A stretch of 64,000 bases of DNA from the human T2T-CHM13v2.0 reference genome, Homo sapiens, in assembly GCF_009914755.1 (NCBI RefSeq), contig NC_060927.1; one strand, written 5' to 3'. The notes under the pieces are model-generated. The model did no database searches. It saw only the letters and a list, made by a program, of their open reading frames with translations, and was not told the origin of the DNA. The first letter of the stretch is position 1. Each line of letters starts with the position of its first letter. This document shows positions 29,743-42,873 of this stretch, one piece after another. Both the position numbers and the translations under genes were made by a program.

Positions 29743-30130
29743 TGTGAAGAGGGCAGGATCAACGACCCCCAACCCCGAATTGGTTCAAATATTGAAATTG
29801 ATGATGTCACAAGTGCACCAAAAGTGGAGGAAAATATTTTTTACTCAGTTCATGAGTCTTTTTGGGAGGGTTTGGGAGGCACCCAAGTTGGTCTGAAAAT
29901 GGCTCAAAGTGGCAGTGCCTTTGGTTTTTATTGTGGTTAGAAGATGGGGCTGGGATTTGAGTTCCTACAATCACACACAGCTTGACTTTTGCACAGCTTG
30001 ACTTTTCCCACTGGTGCCAAGGGAGGGAGTATTTGGGCTTTCTTATCAGCTTGCCCAGACTTGGGGCAAAGGGAACGGGAATGGTGGAAGCTTGAAAACT
30101 GTCAGCAGTCAAACATAAAAAATGACATCT
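29743..30130 (-). mobile_element. MER54-like ERVL LTR fragment inside a MIR
   Basis: ggtctgaaaatggctc ... gcagtcaaacataaaaaatg; MIR sequence on both sides (29570-29720, 30131-30210). Confidence 0.5.
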
Positions 30131-30356
30131 ATGATAGAGTTGTTATGAGAAAATATCTGCCTAAAGCACTGAGCTCAGTGCAGTGTTACAGTAAGTGGTT
30201 AATAAACAAATTATTAATGTCATGATTGATTTAATCATTTTCAGAAGCTTTTGCATCTATGACCTCATTTCCTCTGCATATTAACCCAAGAAATTGAGAG
30301 ATCTGATCAGAAGTAGATCTGGTACAATTAAAGCACTCAATGAGTGGTTGCTTCTG

Positions 30357-30633
30357 GCATCACTATCACCATTCCCATCATCACCATCATCATCAACTTT
30401 GTCATTATCACCATCACAATCATCACCACCACCACCACCATCATCACCAGCTTCATCATCAGCATCATCATAAGAATCAGATCATCACCACGATTACTTT
30501 TGCCACAATCATCATGAGCATCACCAACACCATGATTGCTATCACTACCACCAGTGTCCCATTGTTGTTACCATCATGATCATCATTATCACCATTGCCT
30601 TCATCACAATCTCCACCACCAGCATCATCACTA
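30357..30633. repeat. Degenerate (CAT/CAC)n low-complexity tract
   Basis: catcaccaccaccaccaccatcatcac... Confidence 0.9.
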
Positions 30634-30667
30634 ATATAAGATTTCTTTTAGATTATCCACCTTTTTG

Positions 30668-31096
30668 TGTAAAAAGTAAAGTAGAGGTTTCTCTTTTCTT
30701 CCCTGTCTAATTAGGTATAAATAGTAACTTCTCTTAGAAGCAAAATTTATTCAAAGACCTGTGCTAACATTCTTAGATATCTGCTAGCCATAATAAAGAA
30801 ATCAATGTGCTTTGTGTTCTTAGCTCCCACAATTTAGCCTAAATATTTGCCCTGGCATGCTTATGCTGGTCCAAACAAGCATTAGGTCATAGCCTGTTCC
30901 TCTTCCTTATTTGGAGGGTTTTCACCTTTCCCAGCATTCCATAAGTTACTTCCTCCTTCCTTTGTTCTCCTCTGCCTTTGCCTCTTTAGAAAGTTCTAAG
31001 CTGCTAGCCAATCAGGACAAATACAGAATGTGAGGTTCCATTCCAGCCAATGGAAACCGGACACAGCAGTAGGGTGGACGTGTCAGGTTATAAATA
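30668..31096 (+). mobile_element. LTR15-like ERV1 LTR, U3 only, truncated at the TATA box
   Basis: tgtaaaaagtaaagtagagg ... ctcttagaagcaaaatttattcaaagacctg; two CCAAT boxes (agccaatc, agccaatg); tataaat. Confidence 0.75.
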
Positions 31097-31789
31097 TCCA
31101 TTTATATTTATATATATATGCTGGCCCACCAGCATCCATTCCTGCAGCAATTAGCTAAGACTGGAGGGTGGGCCATGTTCCCTTCAGGCCACCTTGCCCA
31201 TTCATCATGGACTGAAAGAAAACTTCCTTTGAAAAGGGGTTGGGGGAGTTTCCCTGGAGGTGTTCAGGCAAGAAGGAAATGACCGTTAGAGGAAAAGATG
31301 GGCCTCTCTACTGTTGTTAATGGCTAAATAAATACACTGAAGTTGGCTCACAGCTGCAGTAACCACACCACCTGAGGAACCTGTTGGCCACAATGGAGGC
31401 TCTGTCATATGTGTAATGCCTAGACACCCACATAGATAAGTCCCAAAAACGTGTTGCAATGAAAAAGAACACAGCCAACACCATCAAAAGTGCTTTCACA
31501 AATAACTCAGCTCCTTTATTTGTATGATTTTGAGTACTTTGATGATGACACTCTTCACTGATATTCTTGAAATCCTGTTTTATAAACCTGTGCCATTCAC
31601 TCTCTCATGACCCAGTTCTCTACATCTACCTCTCTCCACACACACAAAACCAAAGCCTCCTTCAGCCTCCTCCCTGACTGCCTCCTGTTATCTTGCCTCC
31701 CTTTTCTTCTTCATTCTCTCATCATGAAAGCCAGAGAACCCATCTGGCTGGGCCAGGCACTTCTCGGAGGGTGGAGTCAGGAAATGGGT

Positions 31790-32207
31790 TGCGATGGTTA
31801 ATTTTATGTGTTAAGTTGGATGGGTCACAGTGCCCAGATAATTGTTCAAACATTATTCTGGATGTTTCTGTGATGGTGTCTTTTTGGATTAGATTTACAT
31901 TTAAATCGGTGGATCTTAAGTAAAGCAGATTACGCTCCCTAATGTGGATGGGCCTCTGGGCCTCATTTAGTCATTTGAAGGCTGTATGGAACAAAGACTG
32001 ATTTCCCCTGCCCAAAAAGGATTCTGCCAGCAGACTGCCTTGGGTCTCACTGCAACTCTTCCCTGGACCTCCAGTCTGTGGTCTATCCTGGAGATTTTAG
32101 GCTTACCAGGCCTCCATAATAATGTAAGCCAGTTTCTGAAATTAAATCTCTCCCTCTATACACACATCCTGCTGCTTCTGCTTTTCTGGAGAGCCCTGAC
32201 TAATTCA
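31790..32207 (+). mobile_element. MLT2 (ERVL) solo LTR
   Basis: tgcgatggttaattttatgtg ... aagcagattacgctccctaatgtggatgggcctc ... ctggagagccctgactaattca. Confidence 0.8.
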
Positions 32208-32465
32208 TGGCCCAAGCCTGAATTCTCTTTTCTGGGCAGGGGACGAGGAAAGTCTGGTAATACATCTACAGTTAATTTTAATGACATCACAGGTAGAAAG
32301 ATTCTGGAAACTGACTTTTTTTTTTTTCCCCCTCTGCAGGTGCAGATCATATTTTCTGCTTAGAGCAGATTCCTTCCTGGGCAGACATTGAGCACACAGC
32401 CAGCTGCAGTGGGCACCAGAGACATTGTGTCCTTTCTACTCTTCATGTCCTGATCCCAGTGATAA

Positions 32466-32900
<435 letters not shown>

Positions 32901-32990
32901 TAGTGAGCAGAGGCCAGGGATGCTGCTATATATCCTAGTATAGGTACAAGCCCACTGCCACTCCCTAATGAAGAATTATCTAGCTCAAAA

Positions 32991-33619
32991 TGTCAAAGGC
33001 ACTTGAACCAGAGTGACTCCATCTTGAATAGGGACTCAGTAAAATGAGGCTGAGACCTGCTGGGCTGTATCCTCAGGAGGTTATGCATTTGTAGTCACAG
33101 GATGATAGGAGGTCACAAGATACAGGTCACAAAGATTCCACTGATAAAACAGGATGCAATAAAGAAGTCTGCCAAAATTTGCTAAAACCAAGATGGCAGC
33201 AAAAGTGATCTCTAGTCATTCTCACTGCTCATTATATGCTAATTATAATGCATTAACATGCTAAAAGACACTCCTACCAGCACCATGACAGTTTACAAAT
33301 GCCACAGCAACATCCAGAAGTTACCCTATATGGCCTAAAAGGAAGAGGAACCCTTCATTCTGGGAAATCCCTGCCCCTTTCCTGGAAAACTCATGAATAA
33401 TCCACTACTTATTTAGCATATAATCAAGAAATAACCATAAAATTAGCCAACCAGAAGCCCTCAGGGCTTTTCTGTCGATGGAGTAGTCATTCTTTTATTC
33501 TTTTGCTTTCTTAATAAACTTTCTTTCACTCTAGTCTGTGGACTTGCCCCAAATTCTTTCTTGTGTGAGATCCAAAACCCCTTTCTTGGGGTCTGGATCA
33601 GGTCCCCTTTCTGGTAACA
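32991..33619 (+). mobile_element. MER41B solo LTR; TSD aaaa
   Basis: tgtcaaaggcacttgaaccagagtgactccatcttg ... ctggtaaca; retains the tandem GAS block. Confidence 0.85.
33358..33387. promoter_or_regulatory. Tandem GAS (STAT1) motifs in MER41B
   Basis: TTCTGGGAA (33358-33366) and TTCCTGGAA (33379-33387) both fit TTCN3GAA. Binding is not shown. Confidence 0.6.
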
Positions 33620-35295
33620 AAAATGTCAACAGTGCTAAGGTTGAGAAACCCTAATTAAGGTAATTAAATAATAGATAAAAAAGACATTCCTTTCAATCCT
33701 ACCTTCCAAAAAATGCACACACACTCTCTCTTTCCTTCTCTTTCTCTTTCTAAGATCACTTTGTAAGCTGAGAGAATTATGACAGAGACTGGAGCGACAG
33801 CATTTTATTTCACTGTATCTCTGTCCTTTAACACCTCAGTGCTCCCAGCCCCAGGCCTCTTGTGTCCCAGCATAAAATCTGTGAGATTTAAACATATACT
33901 ATGAGATGCCTTATAAAACATACAGAATATGATCTGACAAGGTCCTTTGACAATGCCCTCTTTCGCACAAAATCTTCAGGCAGTAATTCAATTTCGAGGC
34001 TTTTCTCCTATTGAAATACGGTGTGTGACACTACCCAGGCCCTGGACTGCAGCACAATCTTCAGCACTGGGCATTTTTTTTTCCTGGGTAATGGATTTTA
34101 TTTCACCAAAAATAAGCATTAAAAGGCTTCCAAGGGGACACCATTGTGCTTACTGATTTTTTTTTTTCTTTGGAAAATGTGAGATGTTGCTGCATAATGA
34201 CAATAATCATTAACTTTAGGTTTATTCTGGGGTTAATGAATTATTATAGTGCAGTGAAAAATTATTCTCCAATAAATGTTGAATTCCATTTTTTCTGAAA
34301 CTTCTCTCTCTTTTTTTTATATGTTTGGTATTTTTGTCTTTTCCATTAAAGATGTGCAGATTTCAGATGAATAGAATTTGTCTGTGTTTTCTTTACCTGC
34401 TTCTGACTCTTAAAAAAATCCCATGTTAATTATTAAGCTGCATTGGGGAAAATAAATGATATTCAGTAGCTCTCCTATTCCTTAATAAGAGATTCTTGGT
34501 GAACTTAGTGGAAACGTATTTTTTAAAGCTAATAAGCTTTAAAAATTGGCCATTTCCACAAAATTTTCAAGTTCAACCTGATGGATTATAAGGCTTCTAT
34601 CACCAATGTCAATCCTTCTTATATGGATTATTTATGACAATGGCAGGAAATAGATCTGTTGAGCTGATGGAACTGTTTCAGAAGGGCATTCAACACTAGC
34701 CAGATCCCTCTATTACACTGAAGCAGTCTCTGGGTGTGGGTCAAAGTTGTCAAAATGAGTTTGAGGACATGCACAGCTTTACTCATGGCTTCCCCCTCAC
34801 CCACTTCCTGCCCCTGCTCTCCTGTCTGAGTTGTTATCATTGAATGCTTCTGCTGAAGAGTCAGGGGCCCGAAAATCAACTCCCAGGATAATACAACCAA
34901 CACTCGTTCAACTATTGTTTACTTAGCACCTACTATGGGTCACATCCAGTGTGTAGAAATAGGGACACAGGAGTACAATATGAACCCTGGCCCCAAGGAG
35001 GTCACCACCTGTGTTCTCAGAATCTGTACAGCTCTAACCTTTAGCCCTAGGGTGCTGAGACAACACAAAGGACTGCATTGCCAGATCAGACTTGCAAGAA
35101 TCAGATTTCATCTAGTATCAAACTGTACTGGCAATTTTAAGCGTATTAGTAATTGTGAGGCACAGGCCAAAGCACAGAGAGGGCCCAGTGAAGATCCCCA
35201 GATTCTCTCTTGCCACATTAGAATGCCCTCTCCTCCATTAACAAGTGAAATCTAAGCAATGGCAGTGGGAGAAACACACAAAAGAGGGCTCTTTT

Positions 35296-36100
35296 TGAGA
35301 AGTGAAGCTGGCTGGGCTTCTGGGTCAGGTGCGGACTTGGAGAACTTTTCTAACTAGCTAAAGGATTGTAAATGCATGAATCAGCACTCTGTGTCTAGCT
35401 AAAGGTTTGTAAACGCACCAATCAGAGCTCTGTGTCTAGCTAATTGGGTGGGGACTTGGAGAACTTTTCTGTCTAGCTAAAGGATTGTAAATGCACCAAT
35501 CAGTGCTCTGTGTCTAGCTAAAGGTTTGTAAATGCACCAATCAGAACTCTGTAAAAATGGACCAGTCAGCCTCTGTAAAACGGACCAATCAGCACTCTGT
35601 AAAATGGACCAATCAGCAGGATGTGGGTGGGGCCAAATAAGGGAATAAAAGCAGGCCACCCCAGCCAGCAGAAGCAACCTGCTTGGGTCCCCTTCCATGC
35701 TGTGAAGCTTTGTTCTTTTGCTTTTTGCAATAAATCTTGTTGCTGCTCACTCGTTGGGTCTGCACTACCTTTATGAGCTGTAACACTCACAGTGAAGGTC
35801 TGCAGCTTCATTCCTGAAGCCAGTGAGACCATAAACCCACTGGGTGGAATGAACAACTCCTGACATGCCACCTTTAAGAGCTGTAACACTCACTGCGAAG
35901 GTCTGCAGCTTCACTCCTGAAATCAGCAAGACCACGCACCCACCAGAAGGAAGAAACTCTGGACACATCTGAACATCTGAAGGAACAAACTCCTGGTACA
36001 CCATCTTTAAGAACTGTAACACTCACCCTGAGGGTCCGCAGCTTCATTCTTGAAGTCAGCAAGACCAAGAACCCACTGGAAGGAACCAATTCCGGACACA
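35296..36100 (+). mobile_element. LTR12 (ERV9) solo LTR; TSD tttt
   Basis: Tandem ctagctaaagg(a/t)ttgtaaa..caccaatcag units with five intact CCAAT boxes; gggaataaaagcaggc; ctgtaacactcac repeats; ends ccggacaca. Confidence 0.9.
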
Positions 36101-36799
36101 TTTTGATCATGAGGCATCTCCATTTGATATTTCAAAAATTACAAAGGTTATATGACATTTTCCAGGAAGACATGCCCCAAAAATCCATGGATCCCACATT
36201 TGTTTGCCATGAGTAACTCAGACACTCAGGTATACCTTGCCAAAATCATTCCATGGGTAAGAACTCTCCCCTAGTAAATACCGTCAGTGTGTTTTCCAGA
36301 AGGTCTGTCATTATTAGCATGTTTAGAAGAAAATCTGATCAAGTACTTCCCTTTCTTTCCCAAAGCATTCCTTGTAGAGGGAAAGAATGGATTGCAGGCC
36401 TACTGCTGGCTCTGTCCTCCCCAGGTGCCATGATTGACTAGCAATGTCTGCCATAGCTGGTTGTGGAGGGGGTTGGAGGGTAGGAGAGCAAGTGTGTGCC
36501 TCCAAGCAACCCTGACCAGGCTTTGAGAGAGCAGTGAGTTGCTGAAGGTAACTCGCTTTGAGGCCTTGAGAGAGCAGTGAGTTGCTAAAGGTGATACCAG
36601 GGTGTGGTTAGAGAAAAGACTCAAACTCAGGACCCTAAACTCTAGGACTTTTCATTGATATTCTTACATATCATAATGATAACTAGAACAGACTCTGCAG
36701 TGAAAAAACCAGATATCCTTGACTTCTCACTAGCTATGATGTTGCCAAGTTCTTAGCCTTTAGATATTCAGAAGGGGAAAGGATATTATCAGTCCCTGT

Positions 36800-36965
36800 T
36801 TTTCCAGGACCTACTCTGAGCCAGATGCTAGACTAAGTGCTTCATACCTAGTATCTGATTTAATACTCCCTGCAACTCTATGGAGTGGGCCCTGTTGTTA
36901 TTCTCATTTTACAGATGAGGAAACTGAGGCTGAGAGAGGTTAAGTGACTTACCCAAGGTCACATA
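36800..36965 (-). mobile_element. MIR
   Basis: Core cattttacagatgaggaaactgaggctgagagaggttaagtgacttacccaaggtcaca. Confidence 0.85.
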
Positions 36966-39076
36966 TCTTACGTGTGCAGAGGGGATAGTAAAGGCCACAC
37001 TGTTTACCAGGGTGTCTCAGTCATGCATTTGGCTAGATTAGAGGGGCTGCCTTTCCAAAAGTGGCTTCATCAAGGGTACCAGCCATCATCTCTACCCCAT
37101 CTCCTTTCTTACAGTAAACAGCATGCATTTTTGAGTGGTTACTGTTCATTTCCTGTCCTGTGGATGGTGAAGCGCTGTCGTAAGCATGGAGCAAGGTTTT
37201 TCAAACAAATTGAAGGGAAAAAATTTGAGGCGAAAGGAAGGTGTTGTGAATGGATTTTACCATCAAGACACTGTGTTGAAGCAACATTCATGCCGCTCTG
37301 CTAGCAAAGATTCCTGTTTGCAGGATGGCAGTGGAAATGCATGGTGCCATTATTTAGTGAGATCACGTGGTGAGGAAAGCAGCATGGCAAAAATGAAACA
37401 AGCCCTGGCCTCCAACCCTGTCAGGACACCTGTGACCCTGGCTAGTGCTTTTACATGTCCCCTTTCTCCTCCCTAGGCCTCTGTTCCTCTACCTGTTGGA
37501 AAAGAGGGCCTTTGAGCAAGCCAGCTCACTCCTGTTAGCTGCCACCTGCTCTGCAGCTCAGCATTTCCTCTATTGGTCCTCTGATACTATCTACAGCATT
37601 TTGGGAAAGGAGACAGATGTCTTCTAAATATTATGAGAAGTGCTCTTTATCTTTTTGGAGTCTTGAACCCATTTGGGAATCTAATGAAAACTACAGATCC
37701 TTTTCCCAGCAAAATCCACACATCCCCAAGCATTTGGCTCATATCTTTAAGAGATTCCTAGAACCTTCTCTCAATGCCCATGGATCTCAAGTTAAGAACC
37801 TCTGGTGTTGAGTGACAGTATACTTGAAGTTTGGAGATAGAAGCACGACAAATTGGGAAGGCAATGCATGGATAAAATATGAACAGTTTCCTGACCACAA
37901 GAATGTTCATTGTTTTGAGTTCCCAAGTTTTAGGGTAATTTGTTATATAGCAATAGGTAACTAATACACTCATAATCTAACAACTTCCATTTGCAAAATA
38001 CCATGTTAAAGCCCAGGAAGCATCACTGCACACCTCCTGAGAATAATACTCAGTAGATTCAGTGCTCTTAAGAAGCATGAAAGCATCTGCTACCCTTACT
38101 CGAGGCTAGGGGTAGCAGATGACCTTAAGTCTTACAGGAATCCCATGCCACCCAGCCATAGCCAACGCTAGGCCTCCCACGGGTGTCCGAAATCTGGCTT
38201 TTCCTTCTCAGGTTCTGGCTTTGTTCTATGGCCAAACAAAATAGGAAAAGAAAGTTGACTGACTTTCATCGCTAGGAATGATGAAATGGTCATCAATTCA
38301 TCTCCCTGGGGCAGATGTTCTATTGCCACTGAGAAGGGGTGACCTGTGCTCACCCTGTGGATGTGACATATTATTTCTGTCGGCTCCCTGGTGGGCCTGT
38401 GGGAGTCATGCCACAGGAGCTTGAGAGGCTGCGGTCTGGACAAATGGCTCTGGGCAAGCTGGCAGCTGTGACGAAGGGCAGGTCGTGCAAATGTTGGGCA
38501 TGCCAAGCTGGATAACCATCAGAGTGCAAATCATCCCAGCAGGAAGACATAACATCAGCCACCATAAAGCATGTGGCCTGGAAACTGCCAGGGAGGCTTG
38601 AATGAGAGAGGCGTGCCTGAGGATGATAGCACAGGTAGGGGAAAGCCTCCGTTAATTTCCAGACGTTTCGAGTCCTAGGGGACCACACACTCACAAGGAG
38701 GAAGCCATTTTCTACCTTATTGGTTGGATACTGTCCTGTGAATGGCAGAAAGGCCTAGCCCAAGGGAAGATTGTGAAGGAGGAAAGACACCACGGACCAC
38801 CTTCCTCTAGTATCTTCCAGGGGTATCTGAAATTTCAACAGAGGACTCTTAGAGTTAGGAAAAAGGTCAAGGTCAAAGAGAAATGAGCTACAAAGGTTGT
38901 TCTCTGCGTTGTTCTCTGTTCATCAGTGTCTCTGCCCTTGGTTCCAGAAATTACCCTTCCCTGAGTGTTTTCAGTGTTTCAGGTGGGAAAAATGGGAGGA
39001 TCAGTTAGAAATTCTGTTGTGCAGCATTAAAGAAAACCTGATCACAGTGCTCAGTGCAATGCAACAAAGGCTCTGA

Positions 39077-39408
39077 ACCACTATTTTTGTGCCGTGACCT
39101 CGTTTGGCAGTCTGCAAAGCCCGGGGACTCCTTCTCAGAGAACGTTTATATATGCATAAAATAAAGTACACCTGATGAAGAAGGAAACCAATCACAGTAA
39201 AACCATTTTCACAATATTTTTAAGACCAAACTTGAGATATAGTAGTATATGTGCTTTTTAATTAATGCGTTAGTAACCAGGTCAAGAAGTGTGTCTAATA
39301 ACCTACCACTGGCACTTCAAAATAGTGACAACTAACTGTAGGTGATAAATAGAGATATTGGCAACAACTGTAATGTTAGGAAAACATCTGTGATTTCTAT
39401 TAACAAAG
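39077..39408. mobile_element. MER119-like hAT fragment
   Basis: tttttgtgccgtgacctcgtttggcagtctgcaaagcc...atgcataaaataaag...aaggaaaccaat. Confidence 0.55.
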
Positions 39409-39444
39409 TGTATTAGATTAGTCAGGGCTCGCCACAGGAACAAA

Positions 39445-39491
<47 letters not shown>

Positions 39492-39902
39492 ATCTATCTA
39501 TCTATCTTTATTAAGATGCAATCATGGGAGCCAAGAAATCCCACGATCTGCTATCTGCAAGCTGAAGAACCAGGGGAACTGGTGGTGTGATTTGGTCTGA
39601 GACTGAGGGCCTGAGAAAGTGGGGGGCCACTGCGGTCCAAAGGCCCAAGAACCTGGACTTGTGATGACCGTGAGATTTGGAGAACATGGGGATATTCCAG
39701 TTCCAGAAAAGAGAGCAATTTGGCCCTTCCTCTGCCATTTTTTTCTATCCGGGACCTCAATGGATTGGATGCTGCCTGCCACACTGGTGAGAGTGGAATT
39801 TTTTTACTAACACCGTCACAGACACACCCAGAAATAATGTGTTACCAGCTACCTGGGTATCTCTTAACCAAGTCAAGTTGACCTATAACATTAACCATTG
39901 CA
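39409..39902 (-). mobile_element. MLT2B-like 3' LTR of an ERVL provirus
   Basis: cacagacacacccagaaataatg ... caagttgacctataacattaaccattgca, followed by a PPT-like agttcacccc and internal sequence. Confidence 0.8.
39446..39506. repeat. (TCTA)11 TCA (TCTA)3 tetranucleotide STR
   Basis: Read directly from the sequence. Confidence 0.95.
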
Positions 39903-42173
39903 AGTTCACCCCTTGTCAAGTTGGCACCCATATGCATCTGCTTAAGCCATACGTAATCTCCAAATAACCAGGTCATAATTCTTCCTGACATGATACAACT
40001 ATCCTGTGTACAACCGAAAACACACTAATTCCTTCTTGGAAGAGTGATGTTTACTCTTCTAATGCTATCCCATAACTTAAATATATGATGTACAACTAAT
40101 AATGCTTAAATGCTGGTAACAAAGTCAATACATCTTATTTTACATGATAGGGGAATAAGAGAAGAAAGAAAAATAAGATATATGTTTAATATACATATAT
40201 GTGCACACAAAAATATTAATAAAAAAGGAGGATACACTCATGACAATTACAGTCTTTGTTTCTGTAACCAGTCATGTGGTCATAGCTGGTCACGTGGTTG
40301 TACCTTCTTCTACTACCTGTTCTGTATGCCCTTTGCCCTCAGCAAACGCCTCATCTGGTCATGGTTCTTTACCTGGGGTGGGGTGACCCAATCCTTCATT
40401 CCTGAAGTGTATGGGCCATTTGTAGTCCTGTCTGGATTGGGTTCTTGTAGTTTTCCATTGACCTTAATCCCAGGGTATGGTAATACTGAGATACTCTAAG
40501 GGTTCTCTTGTATTCCAGACATACTCTTCCTTACCCTCATGTGAAGTGGTAGCCCAAGTTCCCCTAGGTAGTCTGGATTAGCCACTCCAGCCAACACTAT
40601 AACTCCCTTCTCCGCCTGTTGACTCAGAGGCAAGAGAAGCCCTAAGTGGCTGGGTGTTAGTCTTAACTTTCAGTTCAATGGAATCATTGTTGTGTCTCCT
40701 ACTGGAAGCATTCCTCCTCTGGAACTAAGACCTTTAAACCAGCAGGGCACAAAGTCAAGGGAATAGGAAGCAAAAATTTTGCTAGTGGGCAACTAGAGGT
40801 AGTGGTGAGTGGTGTTACTTCCATTTCCATTCCTTGATTCCTGGACCTATGAATTCTGACTATGGAAGAAACAGCACCATATATTGGATGCTGATTCAGA
40901 GCATATATGGCCTTCTGGAGAACGCTGCCCCAGCTCTGTGAGGTGTTACCACCTAGCTCGTGTTGTAACTGAGTCTTTGAAAGGTCATGCCACTATTCTG
41001 TCAAGTCAGCTGCTTCAAGATGGTAAGAAATAAGGTAAGACCAGTGAACTCCACGAGCACGGGTCCATTGCTGCACTTCTTTGGCTGTGAAGTGAGTTTC
41101 TGGGTCAGAAGCAATGCCATGGAATACCACGATGGTGGATACGGCATTCCATGAATCCACGGATTGTAGTTTTGGCTGAAACATTGTGTGTAGGGAAGGC
41201 AAATTCATACCCAGAGTAAGTATGTATTCCAGTTAGGACAAAACACTGCAACTTCCATGGTGGAAGTGGTCTAATGTAATCAACCTGCCTCCAGGTAGCT
41301 GGCTGATCTGCCGGGGGAATGCTGAGCCATGTCAGGGGATCAGTGTTGGTCTCTGATTATGGCAGACTGGGCACTCAGCAGTGGCCATAGCCAGGTTGGC
41401 CTTGGTGAGCAAAAGTCCATGCTGCTGAGCCCATGCATAACCTCCATCCCTGTTACCATGGCCACTTTGTTCATGAGCCCATTGGGTGATGACGGGGGTG
41501 GCTGGGGGAAGAGGCTGAGTGGTATCCACAGAATGGTTCATCCTAGTCACTTGGGCATCAAAATCCTCCTCTGCTAAAGTCACCCTTTGATGAGAATTCA
41601 TGTGGGACACAAATATCTTCATGTCCTGTGCCTATTCAGAGAGAAACATCCACATACCCCTTCCCCTACATTTACTTGTCATCAAACATGTTCTTTGGAA
41701 GTCCCTGACCATTCAGCCAAACCATTGACTACAGCCCAGGAAACTGGTATATAATGGCATGTCTGGCCATTTCTCCTTCTAAGAAAAGTGCACAACCAGG
41801 TGTACTGCCAGAAGTATTGCCCACTGGGAGGATTTCCCTTCACCGCTGTGCTTTAGAGGGATGTCCCAGAGAGGAACTGTCGTGCTACAGTTGTCCACTT
41901 TCAGGTGGCACCAGCCTTTATATTGTGCAGCACCATCTATAAACTAGGCCTGAGTTGTCAACTAATTAGGGGGATCTCTCCATGACACCATAGGTGCAGG
42001 CTGGGAGAGAGAAGGCAGTGTAGCGGGAGTGGGGACCACGGACATTTGGGCCACTTCTTCATGTAACTTATTTGTGCCTTTAGGTTCTGCTTAAACTGGA
42101 TCATGAATACACCACTTTCATTTGGTGATGGAGTGCTGCTGTGCATGCCCAACTTCATGGCTTGGTAGGTCAG

Positions 42174-42543
42174 TGATATGGTTTGGCTGTGTCCCTACCC
42201 AAATCTTGTCTTCAATTGTGGTTCCCATAATCCCCATGTGTCATGGGAGAGACCTGGGGTGGGAAGTGATTGGGTCATGGGTGAGGTTTCCCCCATGCTG
42301 TCCTCATGATAGTGAGTGAGTTCTCATGAGATCTGACGGTTTTATAAGCATCTGGCATTTCCCCTCCTGGCACTTCTCCCTTGTGCTGCCTTGTGAAGAA
42401 AGTGCCTGCTTCCTCTTTGCCTTCCACCATGATTGTAAGTTTCCTGAGGTCTCCCCAGCAATGCAGAACTGTGAGTCAATTTATTCAATAAATTACCCAG
42501 TCTTGGGCAGTTCTTTACAGCAGCATGAGAATGGACTAATGCA
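42174..42543 (+). mobile_element. THE1C-like MaLR solo LTR nested in ERVL; TSD gtcag
   Basis: tgatatggtttggctgtgtcc ... agcatctggcatttcccc ... gactaatgca. Confidence 0.85.
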
Positions 42544-42550
42544 GTCAGAT

Positions 42551-42873
<323 letters not shown>

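Noticed and set aside
30340-30579. His-rich 79-aa ORF
   Set aside because: Translation artefact of a (CAT/CAC)n tract; no exon or domain support.
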